This document shows positions 14,600-27,900 of a stretch of 64,000 bases of DNA, piece after piece (positions within the stretch are counted from its first letter, which is position 1; the number at the start of each line of letters is the position of its first letter). This DNA comes from Camelus dromedarius (lineage: Eukaryota), in assembly GCF_036321535.1 (NCBI RefSeq), contig NC_087436.1, positions 117,616,001 to 117,680,000 of the forward strand, given 5' to 3'. A program made the position numbers and the translations under genes. Below the pieces are notes generated by a model. The model made no database searches. It was not told where the DNA came from and worked only from the letters and a program-made list of their open reading frames with translations.

Positions 14600-15637
14600 G
14601 ACATAGCTCTCACCAGAACTGCATCCTCCTATGGTGCACTGTCCTGGACATGAAAACCTCTAACAAACGGACACTCAGAAACCTTGGAAAGACTCTAATG
14701 ACTAGACAACAAACCCTTCCACAAGACGAAGGAGTTTCCAATTTTTTCCACTCAACAAAATGAACGGAAGATCTAACCGAATTGTCTTCTGACAGATCAT
14801 TTAAAAAATTTTTGATAATAGTTTTGGCATGTACTCAGAGGAAGTTCAGAGAAGAGTGGAGAGGCCGTGCTATAACAAAACTCCTTCCATTCTTGTCCTC
14901 TTATGTATGTAAACAAGGTTTCCAAGGTTTCTCAGCTCTAATGTCTAAAGAAATCAAAACTAATTAGAATGTAGTTGATACTGAGCGCTGTCATATTCTA
15001 GAAAAAAGTGGCATTCATCCACCTGCACATGATCTAGCTTAAAAAAAAATACTTCTTTAAGAGGCTTTTCAAATAAAATAACATATTTTAAAATTGTGAT
15101 CCATGTACACTGATAAGAACTGCAAAGGTAACTCAACCCAGAATAATTCAAAAATAATTCAACAGAGGGCAATTAACAGCCTTTTGGTCATCACTGAAAG
15201 TATTTTAAAAATTAAATTTCAACTTGCATACCTATTTTTGTTGCATAAAAGTATGAGAAAACAAGCAATAAAAGATTTTCAATAATAACCAGAGATAGGA
15301 TAATATTATGCAGGGCAAGTAAAACGGAGTTGATACAGAAAAAGAAAGACTATAAAATTTATGACTACAAAAGCAACTTTTTCGGGATTTTTTTCAACAA
15401 ATGATGGTGAGTATCAAATATAGTATTTAGATTCCATGGGCTATATTTAAAAGAGTGATTAAAAGTTTAACTTTAAAATGTCAACTTTTATAGTATACTG
15501 GAAATTACATCCTTTGCAGCTATTTAAACTTATAACGAAAAATTATAGACGTCAGCTTGAAATATATGTAACAGGTTACCTAGTTTTTTCAAAATTCTTT
15601 TAAGGGACAAATAAACAAAAATATTTAAAGGTCACTG
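14600..15637 (+). mobile_element. hAT-Charlie DNA transposon fossil (Charlie7-like), 3' part with transposase C-terminal remnant
   Basis: ORF 14782-14967 contains AITKLLPFLSSYVCKQGF, resembling the hAT dimerisation motif LLPFxSTYLCEQGFS. The element ends in a TIR-like ...GGTCACTG at 15637. Confidence 0.7.
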
Positions 15638-15679
15638 GTTTACAGTCCAGTAGGGTTAAAAACACTGAACGTACATAAT

Positions 15680-16290
15680 TATAAACAATTAAACAAAGTC
15701 CTGTGAAGTTAAAAACAGAGGGATACTATAAGAGCATAAAACAGAGGCGCTCAGCCTAGCCTGGGACGAGGGGCAGAGAGGACTTCTGCCACAAAAGGTT
15801 AAGCCTCAGGAGGATAGGGAAGTGCGTCTGTCTTACTCACTCTTACATTTCCAGGGTCTGGAATGAATGAGTAAAGGAGACTCTTGAACGAAGAAATAAA
15901 TTAGCCTGGCAAAGAGCATGGGACAAAAAATGTTTCAGACAGAGGGAACAGCATGGATAAAGGCTATGAGGCAGAGAACAGGAAATGTTCGAGGAGACAA
16001 ACTGGATGCCATGCTTTACAATCTGTATTAAGAGTTTTATTTATTTATTTTTTTCTCTTAAGAAGTTATTGGAAGGAAATATTTTAATCAGGGAAGTGAC
16101 CTAATCAGGTTTACTTTTAATATATTATCTCTCAGGAAAAAAAAAAAAAAACCTGTTGCTAATCAGTAAGAAGGGGGAACTCACTCAATCATCCAACAAG
16201 TAATAACTGAATATCTGTTTTATACCAGACACTGTATTAGGCACTGAGGGTACAGGAGTAAACAGACAATGAAACCCTGAGAATTTGTAA
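15680..16290 (-). mobile_element. L2 fragments
   Basis: L2-type motifs CAGAGGGAACAGCATGGATAAAGGC and CCAGACACTGTATTAGGCACTG. Confidence 0.6.
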
Positions 16291-16299
16291 CCCATCAAG

Positions 16300-17895
16300 A
16301 AATATTTACTTTAAGAGAGTGAAAAGACAAGCAAATTGGGAGATTAAGAGAAAGTACTTGGAAATCACATATCTGACAAAGGACTTGTATTTAGAACACT
16401 TAAAGAATTCTCAAACTTAATACTAAGAAAACAACTCAATTTAAAATGGGCAGAAGACTTGTACTGACTCATCACTAAAGAACGCAAACAGGCACGTGAA
16501 AGATGTCCCACATTATTAGCCGTTACAGAAATGCAAGTTCACAATGAAATATCACTTCATACCTATTAAAATAGCTAAAATAAAACATACTGACAATACC
16601 AAGTGCTGGTGAGGACACGGAGCACCTAGACCTCTCGTACATTGCTGGTGAGAATATAAAATGCACAGCCACGATGGAAAGCAAGTTAGTGGCTTTTTTG
16701 TTGTTGTTGTTGTCATTTTTAGTAACAGCCTTATTGAGATATAATTCATATAGCATACAACTCACCATTTAAAGTGTGCAATTCAGTGATTTCGAGTATA
16801 TCCACAAGCCGTGAAATCAGCATTTCAGTCAGTCTTGGAATATGTTCCTCACCCCAAGATCCCATACCCGTTAGCAGTCAGTCCCCATATCTCCCCAACT
16901 CTCCCAGCCCTAGGCAACCAATCTACTTTCTGTCTCTATGGATTTGTCTCTCCTGGATATTTCACATTAGTGGAATCATAGAATATGTGGCCCTTTGTGA
17001 CTGGCTTCTTTCATTTGGCATGTTTTCAAGGTTTATCCGTGTTGCAGTATCAGTACTTCATTTCTTTTCATTGCCAAATAATATCCATTGTATGGATATA
17101 TCACATTTTATTTACCCATTCATCAAGCTGATGGACAACTGGATTACTTTCACCTTTTGATCATTATGAATAAGGCTGCTAAGAACATTTCCACAGAGGC
17201 AGTCTTTTAGAACATGAAACACACAGTTACCATACGACCTAGCAATCCCACTCCTGGCTGCCCTAGAGAAACGAAAATTTATGCTCACACAAAAACCTGT
17301 ACACAAATATTTATAGCAGCTCTATTCATAATTGCCACAAACTGGAAACAACCCAAATGTCCTTCAACAAGTGACAGATAACCAAGGTACCTCCATATAA
17401 TAAAATACTACTCAGCAATAAAGAAGGAAGGAACTTTGATAAACATACATCTTAAATGAATCTCACAGGCATTATACTGACTAAAAGAAGTCAATTCCAA
17501 AGGATTACATATTACATGATTTCATTTACATAAAATTCTCCAAAAAACAAAACTATAGCAAGGAAGAGCCAGTCTGTGTGTGTGTGTGTGTGTATGCGTG
17601 CACGTACATGCGTGAGGGGGATGGCTACAGAGGGATACATGAGGGAGATTTTGCAGGTGATGAAACTGTTCTGTATCCTGATTGTGAAATGGTTATACCA
17701 AAAGAGAATGCATATATGTATATATTTATTATATATACACTTATATATGTGTGTATACATGTATAAATTCTCTTTTGGCATAAATATAATATACATTGGT
17801 GTATATACATATAACACATGTATGTATACATATATTAAAATTCATAGAACTGGCAAAAGAAAAGTTAATTTTACTATATGTTAATTTTAAAATAA
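16300..17895 (+). mobile_element. Old L1 (L1MC/MD-like), ORF2 end plus 3' UTR, interrupted by a nested antisense L1
   Basis: ATCACATATCTGACAAAGGACTTGTAT...ATTGCTGGTGAGAATATAAAATG (to ~16690) resumes at ~17195 with TTACCATACGACCTAGCAATCCCACTCC...CTGGAAACAACCCAAATGTCC. Confidence 0.85.
16695..17190 (-). mobile_element. L1MB-like 3' end nested in an older L1
   Basis: T-rich tail followed by TTATTGAGATATAATTCATATAGCATACAACTCACCATTTAAAGTG...CCCTAGGCAACC...CTTTGTGACTGGCTTCTTTCA. Confidence 0.85.
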
Positions 17896-18779
17896 TATTA
17901 AAATTAAGGGGAAAAAAAGGTACTAACTAGAAAGATACACCCTGGCTCTCCTAGCACCTTACGCACCAGCCTGGAAAGTATGCGTGTCACACTTCCTGTG
18001 CATGTGTCACCCACCAGCCACTGTGCCAGACAGCTGACCACTGAACAAATGACTTTGGCCATCCTAATAGAGATGTAAAAGGTATTTTAAGTCCAAATCT
18101 AGGGTGTTTTTTAATTTAAATACTGGCTGGTCTCCTGTGACGGCCCAGGAGAATTATGACTTCTCATTAAATAAATGGATCACGGCTCACACTTCCTCTA
18201 GAGCAAAAGATGCAGAAATGCCCAGGTGAAAAGCACCTACTTCTAGGACTTCAGCTTGGGGCTCATCTCCCAAACCACGGTCATTGTTTTTGTATTTTGT
18301 CTGGTCACAGTGTCTTAATAGATCGTCATGTGGGCCTCTCCACTCCCCACTTTAGCAGCTCTGGAAGAAAACAGGCTGTCTCTCGATTGCCCCTTCTTGT
18401 CTCTCATCTGTGCTATGTGGCCTACGTCTCACTTTAGATCATTCCAAATAGAACCTCCAAATCTGGTGAAAAGCCAGGGGGGGTTTGGTATTGCACTCAG
18501 AAACAGAAAGAAACATCATTTTAATTATTTAATTATACAGATGAAATTTATTATTTTGTAGCAAAGACTAAGCCCAACACTTCTGGAGACGAGAGGTAAC
18601 AGACCCCCAAATACTAAAATCAGTAAGAAGGAGATGGTTTGTAACAAAAACTAAATTAAACTTGGGAGTCAAAAGACCCCACTTTGAATGATCCTGGCTC
18701 TGCTTACAACTAGCCGGATTCTTGACAAATAATAAATATAACAAATGTTAAAAATAATATGTATAATAATAAACAGTAA

Positions 18780-19200
18780 GTCTGTTAATAAAGTATGATT
18801 AGATGGTGATAAGTGTTACGGGAAAAAAAGGAAAAGCAGAGTAAGGGAGGGGAAATCTAGGTAGAATGTGGGGAGGAGGTGAATTATAATTTTAAATAGA
18901 ATGGTCAGGATGGCCTCACTGAGAAGATGACATAAAAGGATATGTTTGAAGGAGGTGAGGTAAGAGTTATCTTGACAGTATCTGGGGAAAGCATTCCAAG
19001 TAGGGAACAAGCACAAAGGCCCTAAGACAGGAGCAGACCTAGCATGTGTGATAAACAGCAAGGAGACCAAGTTTCTACAGAACCTCCGAGCATAGAGGTC
19101 AGGTAGGTAGGCCGGTGGAGAGTTTGAAAGAGAAGTCTGAGCTGCAAATAGGAATTAGGAGTTACTGGAATTCAAACAGAGCTGTGGGACTGGATAAGAT
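18780..19200 (-). mobile_element. L2 fragment
   Basis: GGTCAGGATGGCCTCACTGAGAAGATGACAT...GGGAACAAGCACAAAGGCCCTAAG...GGACTGGATAAGATCAC. Confidence 0.75.
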
Positions 19201-20242
19201 CACTATTCATCATTCTTTGAACAAACATACAATGAGTGCCAATGTGTCAACTGTGTGCCAAGGAGAGTGGTGGTGGGGAGGGACGGAGGGACAGAGAGAG
19301 AGAGAGAGAAGAAGGAGGGGGGAGGGAAGGAAGGAGGGAGGGAGAGAGAAAGAAACTCAGCCTCACAAAATGCTCCGTAGTTCAACTGTAATTTAACCAC
19401 AACAATGGTGGAGGCCAGTGGGAATGAAACTGAGAGAGAATTCCCAGTCATGGTTTTTAAAAAACATTAGGCAAAGAAAGTTACCAAAAAAAAAAAAAAA
19501 AAAAAGATTTAATGTAAAATGTAGGAAATATTAAATCTGATTCTTAATCTAGGAGATTAACTGCAGGACCACGCTCAACATCTCAAATTCTCATTGTCAT
19601 CACTAACATTCTTTTCTATCAATTTTTCATTGAGAAACTCATGTGTATGAATCTGAGGATGAATCAGAGGAACCGTGCTTTCTGATGGTTTCAGATAGGA
19701 ATTCTGTTCGCCCAGCCCATGTTAACACAGATGCTGGCAGTTCCTTGTGCCAGCAATGCTTGGTCAAAGCCATTATAAGACAGTGTTTTGTTCTACATAG
19801 TTATTCCTAAAAATGGTATTTCATCTCTTATGTATGAGCTGAATGTAAATCTTGAAAGAACTCTTAGGGAGGACAGCATAATTTTGATGCAATCCTAGTA
19901 GCAATTTATGAATAGGTTTTACTTCAAAAGTTTTCAAGATTAGAACATATGCTGCCTAGGTACCCAAGACAGGCTATAAGTGTCCACTTGAACCCGTGTG
20001 GCAGGTGCCTTTAAACCTGAGTGACAGGATATCCGTACATTACATCAGCTATGTACCGAAAAATCTTAAATCTGGGACTGAAATGCGTACCAATAACCAA
20101 ACACAACTAGCTCATGTATACACCTAGATTAGTTAAGGTTCTCTTGAACAGAAACTATCTAACTAGTGCTCAAAAAAAAAGGGTGGGGAGGGTATTGAAT
20201 GGACACTAAGATCATCCAACGTATTTGAAAGGGGTTAAAATT

Positions 20243-20473
20243 CAGTGTTAGCAACCTAAGCCCTACTGACGTTTTGAGTCAGGTAACTCTTTGTTGTGGG
20301 GAATTACTTTGGGAGCCAGAGCTGCCCTGCACAGAGTAGGAGGTTTAGCAGCTTCCCTGGCCTCTGCCCTCTAGATGCCGGTAGCAGCGCCCTAGCAGTG
20401 AAGACCAAACAACGTCTCCAGACATCACCAAATATCCCCTGGAGGCAAAACTGCTCCCGGCTGAAACCCACTG
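20243..20473 (+). mobile_element. MER20 (hAT-Charlie MITE), near full length
   Basis: CAGTG...CACTG termini. The internal GTTTAGCAGCTTCCCTGGCCTCTGCCCTCTAGATGCC and GTCTCCAGACATCACCAAATATCCCCTGG are diagnostic. Confidence 0.9.
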
Positions 20474-20565
20474 GTTTAATGTCAAACATGGAAGGGCCAA
20501 GATTCAGCTGGACCTCTGAAACAATTGGAAGTGGGTATTTAAAACTCTCCTGTGAGTTTAGCTAA

Positions 20566-20845
20566 AGGTTTATCACTTTGATTTATCTTTTCAAAAAAGC
20601 GGCTCATAGTTTCACTGATCTTTTTCTATTGTTTGTTTGTCTGTTTTGGTCTCTGTTTCATTTATTGCCACTCTGAACTTTATTACTTCCTTTCTTCTAC
20701 TGACTTGACACTTGCTTTGTTCTTCTTTTTCTAGTTCCTTTAGGAGTCAAGTTAGGTGGTTTATTCGAGACTTTTCTTGTTTCCTGAAGTAGGCCTGTAT
20801 TGTTATCAAGTTCTCTCTTAGAACTACTTTTGCTGCATCCCACAA
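20566..20845 (-). mobile_element. L1 ORF2 internal fragment
   Basis: TCTTTTCAAAAAAGCGGCTCATAGTTTCACTGATC...CTCTTAGAACTACTTTTGCTGCATCCCA. Confidence 0.85.
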
Positions 20846-21312
20846 ATTTATTTTGATTGAAGTATATAGTTGATTCACAATGTTATGTTAGTTTCTGGTG
20901 CACAGCATAGTGATTCAGACACAGATATAGATATATAGATATATATTCTTTTTCATTATCGGTTATTACAAGCTACTGTATATAGTTCCCTGTGCTAACA
21001 GTAGGACCTTGTTGTTTATCTATTTTAAATATAGTTGTTAGCATTGCAAATCCCAAACTCCTAATTTATCCCTACCCCCTCTTTCCCCTTTGGTAACCAT
21101 AAGTTTGTTTTCTGTGTCTGTGAATCTGCTTCTGGTTTGTAAATATGTACATCTGTGTCATTTTTTTAGATTCCACACATAAGTGACACCATATGATATG
21201 TCTTTCTCTGTCTGACTTACTTCACTTAATATGATAATCTCTAGATCCAACCATGTTGCTGCAAATGGCATTATTTCACTCTTTTTTATGGCTGAGTAGT
21301 ATTCCATTGTGT
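20846..21312 (-). mobile_element. L1 3' end (cetartiodactyl-type)
   Basis: TTGAAGTATATAGTTG...CCCTGTGCTAACAGTAGGACCTTGTTG...TTTGGTAACCATAAGTTTG...CATGTTGCTGCAAATGGCATT. Confidence 0.9.
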
Positions 21313-21340
21313 GTATATATATACACACACATACATATAA

Positions 21341-21795
21341 GGAATATTACTCAGCCACAAAAAGGAGTGAAATAATGCCATTTGCAGCAACATGGTTGGA
21401 TCTAGAGATTATCACGTTAAGTGAAGTAAGTCAGACAAAGAAAAACAAATACTACATGTTTTCACTTATATGTGGAATCTAAAAAACAAAACAAACAAAT
21501 ACAGCAAAACAGAAATAGACTCACAGATACATAGAACAAACTAGTAGTTGCCAGAGGGGAGAAAGGTCGGGGGAGGGGTGAAATAGGTGAAGGGGATTAA
21601 GAGGTACAATCTATCAGTTATAAAATAAATAAGTCACGGGGATGTAATGCATAACAGAGGAGTCTAGCCAATAATGTAAAAACTTTGCATGGTGTGTAAC
21701 GTATAAAAATATCAAGTCACTATGTTGTATACCTGAACTAATATTGTAAGTAAACTATCCTTCAATTAAAAATAAAATTTTTAATTAAAAAAAAA
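21341..21795 (+). mobile_element. L1 3' end (L1MA-like) with A-rich tail
   Basis: GGAATATTACTCAGCC...GCCATTTGCAGCAACATGG...CAGTTATAAAATAAATAAGTCACGGGGATGTAA...CTTCAATTAAAAATAAAA. Confidence 0.9.
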
Positions 21796-24669
21796 TCCCT
21801 CTAGAGCTTCCTTGAGTTCTGATTCCTTTTTCCTCTGCATTTTAGCTTTAATTTTCTCAGTGCAGCTCAGCAGTGGGAACATGGCCACCAAGAGCTCTTT
21901 TTATTTGTTAAAATCCAGGCCTCTGGACAAAGAATGACTCTTCTCAAATTCCAATTTTTAAAAAATCTTAGGGAAGGATTCTTATTGTCCTGATTTGAGT
22001 CTGATACCTGTCTTTGAAGTCAGAGGCGGTGTCAGTTCCCAAAAGGAGAAAGGAGCTGTTGTTGACAGAAGGTGGTCTGCGACTGAAAAACAGGCATCCA
22101 CCACAACCATTGAATACTGAATAATAAGCTACATACAGCAAATAGTCAGGAAATCAATATTCCTTCATAATATTGAACTGGATTTGCTTTTCTACATTTG
22201 AGGCACATTTGTGAGTTAGGTATTCTAGGAAGCACCTGAGTCCACTGGGAGACCATTATGGTTTTTAGGTAAGTGGGGAGGCAGAGGACATGTTACCTAT
22301 GCATGGCTGTTTTGTCACTGATGTATTTTAAAGTGAATTTCTAGATGACACATTTAAGTAATTCACAAATGAAGTTTTGGAATATTACTATTACTATAAT
22401 ATTACTGCCCACAGTCAGACATGACAAAGGACTGACAGTTGGTATGCTTTGTGGGCTCCCAGCAAAATATACTTTTAACATGTGACTCTGCCTAAGTCAA
22501 CGGAAGACCATAATTGAACAACCATTGCCCAATTTGTGGGCTAACAGAAAACCAAATGTTTGCTTTGAAACTTTCCAACTGGGTTCAAGAATAAAATCCA
22601 GGAATATGATAATATACACATCAAACAGACATGAACAAATTCAATTCAAAATTTAACGAAGGAAGCAGTCTAAGTTTAAAAAAAATGTTTCAATTTTCCC
22701 AAAAGACTAAGACAGGAAATCTTTCCCTGGTCCTCCCAATAGCAAATCCAAGAAATGATATTCTATGTTAATTGAGAAGCACCTATACCTTGAGAGTAGA
22801 GATCAGCAGGAGCCTAGATCCCAAACCCCAGCTTTGCCTTAGGCAGGCCAGAGCCCTCAGGGTTTCCCATCCACCTGTGACCCCCACAGAGCTGGCTCAA
22901 ACACTTGATTATAACTCTGTCCCAGACTAAGGGCCCTTCATAGAGCCAGGAGCCAATCACAAAGGAAGGCCAGAGAGAAAGGCTTGAAGCAGTAAAGTGT
23001 GGTGGGCGGTGGTTCAGCCTGCACAGCCATCTCAGTCAGCTTCATGGGAATCAGGACCTCTCTGCTCTGTTCCTGAATCTTACTGTGATAGAATTGGTTT
23101 TCGGACTACGTTCGCCAGCAACACACAGGAATAGTAATATATTCAAAGTCCACCAGTAGATTACTTAAATGTGGCACCTTGTAAATCTCCAAAATCCCAA
23201 TGTTAGCAAAAAAAATCACATTTCTATATTTTAAATAGACACTCAACAAAAAAAATAACCAACAAGATTCTTAATAGTTTGATGGGAAAAAGTACCCCAG
23301 GACCCCCACGTCTTCACTGCAGAGCCAGAGGTCTGGGATGGCTCTTTGCTGATGTAGTAGTAACATGCTAATTGGCTGTGATTAGACAACCATAAACTTC
23401 TATCTTTTCCTATAAAAGACTGATGTTCAATCATTGCTTTTATAAATGACATGATTTTTTTTTCATTTCAACCTGAGGACAGGTGTGTGATAAAGACACT
23501 GAGGACCTGGGAGAAAACCATGCAAATACGTAAGTCAATACTGGAGGGAGAACTGTGAGAGTCCAGCTTCCACTGAGGGAGAGAATCCAGTCTAAAGGAG
23601 ACATGATGATCAGCCCTCACACTTCAAAATCCATGAGGCCAGGACTTGTATGTTATGACGTCACTGTATCAAAAGCAGCACTCTGAAAGTGTTCAATAAC
23701 TGTTTTTTGAGTGGTCATTTCTGCAAGGCTACTCTGTAAAATCAGGGAGACTTGTAGATATACAAATCAAAGAAATGTTTCTCAATCTTTTCACTACAGA
23801 TGGGGAAAGTAGTTGCATAACTATTACCACAAGTTAAGCAATCAATTTGTTCAGCACAGCAACAGACAGTGCAGCTTCAATGGAAAACAGAGACATTGTG
23901 AACAAAATTCATTCTATCACTGTTCTCATTTGAAAACATTTCAGGTGATAAATGAAAATAAAGTTATTTCTCTCAGTTATTTGGTTATGGCAAAAAGAGA
24001 GAGCGTCGATGTTATTTGGATGTGCTTTTCATTACCTTTTAAAGATCTCTCATTCTTGTCTTTCACTGCTAAGGACCCTGAAGGGATGCTCTACTTCGTC
24101 CTGATTTTTTTTAAGACATCTATTTATCTCATCTTAAGCACCTCCGACCTGGCTTCTCAACTAACTCGTCAATGAAAACTATTCTCTACATGATAAGCAA
24201 TTCACATGGTCAAACCTCTGGTTGTTTCTGTGCTGCATGTTACTTAGCCAATTATTTAATCAGAATTATCTCCTCCTCGGGATTCAGGATATTCTGAGCT
24301 GTATCCTTTACTCTCTGAGGGCACGTCTAAGAAACTGTCCTTAGCTCCTCACTAAAGGGGCATCTGGTAGCACCATGCTCCTCTAAACTTGACCTGTGGA
24401 ATATACAGACATCATATACATCCACAAGGCAGATTGCACAGGCAGTGCTGCACATGTTTTGCTGAGTGAACGTTCTTCTGTACTCAATGTTCAGTAGTCA
24501 CCTCCTCCACGAAGCAGTCTTGTGCTGACCTCACACAGCTTTAGCCACCCATATTACTGCAACAACTCCTTAGTGTTTTTATTGTTATATATTATCAGGG
24601 ATGTTTATATTTATTTATGAATGCCTATCTTTATGGTTAAGTGGCCCTATGCAGTCTATTTAATAAAAG

Positions 24670-24900
24670 CTAATATTTGTTGAGCATTACTATGAGCCAG
24701 ACACTACTCTAAGTATATCTATATTAACAACCCTATGAGGCAGGTACTATAATAATCCCCATTTCACAGATGAGAAAACTGATGCACAGAGGTAAAGTAA
24801 CTTGCCTGGGTCACATAGCCAGAAAGTGCCAGAGCTGGGGCTTGAAACCTGGCAGACTGGATTCTAGCCTCTCTTGTCTTAACCACCACACTGTACTGTC
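24670..24900 (-). mobile_element. MIR SINE, near full length
   Basis: ACAACCCTATGAGGCAGGTACTATAATAATCCCCATTTCACAGATGAGAAAACTGATGCACAGAGGTAAAGTAACTTGCC. Confidence 0.9.
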
Positions 24901-27900
24901 TTTACATTAGCCCAATATTTTAGATATTCTCTATATTCGTTAATTTATCTTTGATTGCATTTCTTTTCTTTCACTTGACTCACTATATTCATTCAACATA
25001 CATTTTTTTTGCGTTTCTACCATGACCACACACTGTGGACTGAAAATCGAATATGTTGTTGTCAGTGCCCTCAAGAAGCAAAAGTGTGGAAGACAAACAG
25101 TCAACAGCTGCAGTGAGTTCTGTAAATGATGCAACAGACGTAACAATGGGCTGCATCACTGCAACCAATGAACAAACCAATACAATTTTCTGTGTCCAGA
25201 TTGTATATAAAAATAAAACTTATAAATAAAATGTACCAGAAAGAATATAGGGTTTAGAGTGACAAAACCCTGATCTGAATTTCTGTCCTGTCACTTTGGG
25301 GTTTGTGACTCAGTCAAGTCGACTTGGGTTCCCTGAAGTTCATGTCTCTTACTCTTCTTGCTAAAACGCAGAGGCCTTCCTAAAAGGATTGTGAGAATCA
25401 AGTGAAAATGACTGGCAAACTGGAATGCTTTAAAGAAATACTAGCTGTTATTCACATACTTGGACCTCATGTGAGTCCCATAACACAGTCCAGAAGGTCT
25501 ACATCAACAGATCATAAAGCAATGTCCTCAACCATAAAAATATAACTTCTCTAAGGCTGTGTTCAACCAAGTGCAAGTACCAGGCAAGCACAACTACATA
25601 AGAGAAGGTGGAGCTAGGAGCAATAATGCTTCTGAGGAGTGGATCACTTTTTAAAAAGATGAGTAACTGGCTGGCTGAGGGGAAAATGGTGGAGGGTATT
25701 CAGGGCAGGGCACCAGCATGGCTGGAGTCACTTGGTGAGGGAAGTAAGATTTATATGATGAAATGGCACAAAAAGAAAAGGAAAGAAAGACTAGCCCTGG
25801 GTTAAGAGGGGCTTGGATGATCTGGGAAAGAGCAGGGACATGGTGACTAAGCCAGGGAGAACGGGATGAAAGGCAGACAGTGCATTCATCCATCATTCAG
25901 TCAACAAGGAGCGAGCCCCTGCCACAAGCCAGGCGTTGTTTCTGATGCTGGGATACAACAGGAGAACATAACACACAACCAGCCTTTGATGTGAAGGAGC
26001 TTGCAGTCCAATGGGAGTGGCATTAAACAGGTTAACAAACAAATATAAAAATCCATGCCATGTTAAGTGCCATGAAGGAGGTAGCCTCAGTGACCCAAAC
26101 ATCACATAATGAAAGCAGGAACTAGGAGGGGGTATTGGTCTCTGAAACTGAGTGGAGATAGGAACAAGAACATTTTAAATGGGTTAGAGAAGGGAGTGAA
26201 TGAGACAGGATCCAAAGGGTCTCTCAAGTTCCTCCTTAGACAAGTCTTTCACCTTCTTTATGAAGATGCTCAGAAGCATGGGGACAGGAGGGAGGTAAAG
26301 ATATCATACTGTCCTAGTGTTCTTGAGCAAATGTCTCTTGGAAACAATAAGCATAAGGTATTTGCAATTCTCTTTAAGTTTCATTTTCCCCATATAATTC
26401 TCAAAGTTCATTCATGCAACCAAATAAAACTACTTCTCCCCCCATGACAAAATCTTGAAAACTTCCCTAGAATGGTTAAGAACTAAATGAACACAACTTA
26501 AAAAAAAAAAAGAGTAGTACAGCCTACTGGGGATGGCTGTAAAGTTTCTAGAAAAATTCATGGTCCAATATGCAATGATTACATCCAATAAATACCTCAA
26601 AACGCTGGTTTTCAATGCTAAATGGAATGTGAAGGACTTGAATACTAAATAATGGGGGAAAGAGCTTTGCCTATTGCTTAAGCATTCTAAAAACTGTGGT
26701 CATCCTTTGTTTGTTTTGTGTTTTAAGGAAAACCTGAATTGCCAAGATTCCTGTATAAAATTTAAATATTTTGAACCGGCTGTGGCGATTCGTGGTTAAT
26801 TCTCACACAAAGATTCATCAAGTCATAAACTGACTTAAAGAGAAATGGTTTCAAGTGGATTTTGAATACTATACACTGTACTTACAGCGGATATCAGCTT
26901 GATGAGCAAATGTAATAAAAATGTGTAAAGAGAAAAACAACTGTAAGATATATTTGATAAAAGAAAGATAGATTTGTTTTAGCAGTTTACACATATTTTA
27001 AAAAACATCTTAAGTGTACAAAGCAACTAACAATGACCTTAACTATAGTTTTCTAAGTTTAAGTGGAAAATAAATTATTTTTTCCTAGCACATAAAAAAG
27101 AGTTACAGTCAGCAGCAACATTTTAAAGGCTACTTTTAAAAAATACTACTCACGGGCATAATTCCCTCCCCCACTCCATGCAGTCTTTTCTCCAGCACAA
27201 ATTATTGATTTGCAGACAAAAGTATTCAGAAAACAAACATATGATTACAGCATAAGCTATCAGTGACACAAACACTTTTGTGATGAGAAAAGGCAGTATC
27301 TCAAATCTAAAAAGGTAAAACACCAAGTAGCAAAAATGAATCCTTAAGAACTATCAACCCAAACAAAAAATAAAATTAGATATAAATTCAAGTTTTAGAC
27401 TGTGGTCAATTGAGGTCTAGACAAAACCCTATGTTTGTTCACTGCCTAGTCTCCAGTCTGCTCCAAGTTTGAAAAGGTAATTGAACACAGTCTATAATTA
27501 CTGGATTAGACACAGATGGGCTCTGTACATTTCAGGGGGAAAAAGCACTGTTTTGATTCATTTTATGATTGCCTGTAAGGTCAGACTTTTCAAAATGTAC
27601 TTTCATCTGTTAAATGGTTTCTCAAATTCCCTGGGGTATATCTTCAATAACTGTGATGTTTTAAGCAATTTGGGCCTATCAGATCCTGTCTTTGAATGTA
27701 ACTAGCTGCCCATTTTCTAGTATTATAAATGTGCATGTAGGTTAATTGCTACATCTCTTACATATTTTCTGAAGTTGCAGTTTTGGGGGAAAAAACTGAA
27801 AAATTGTGCCCCTTCTCCGACAGGAACCGGTCATATTGATGAAGATTTTCATGCAAGAAAAAAATTTAGCTATTTAATAACAAATGATTCAGTGTCATCT

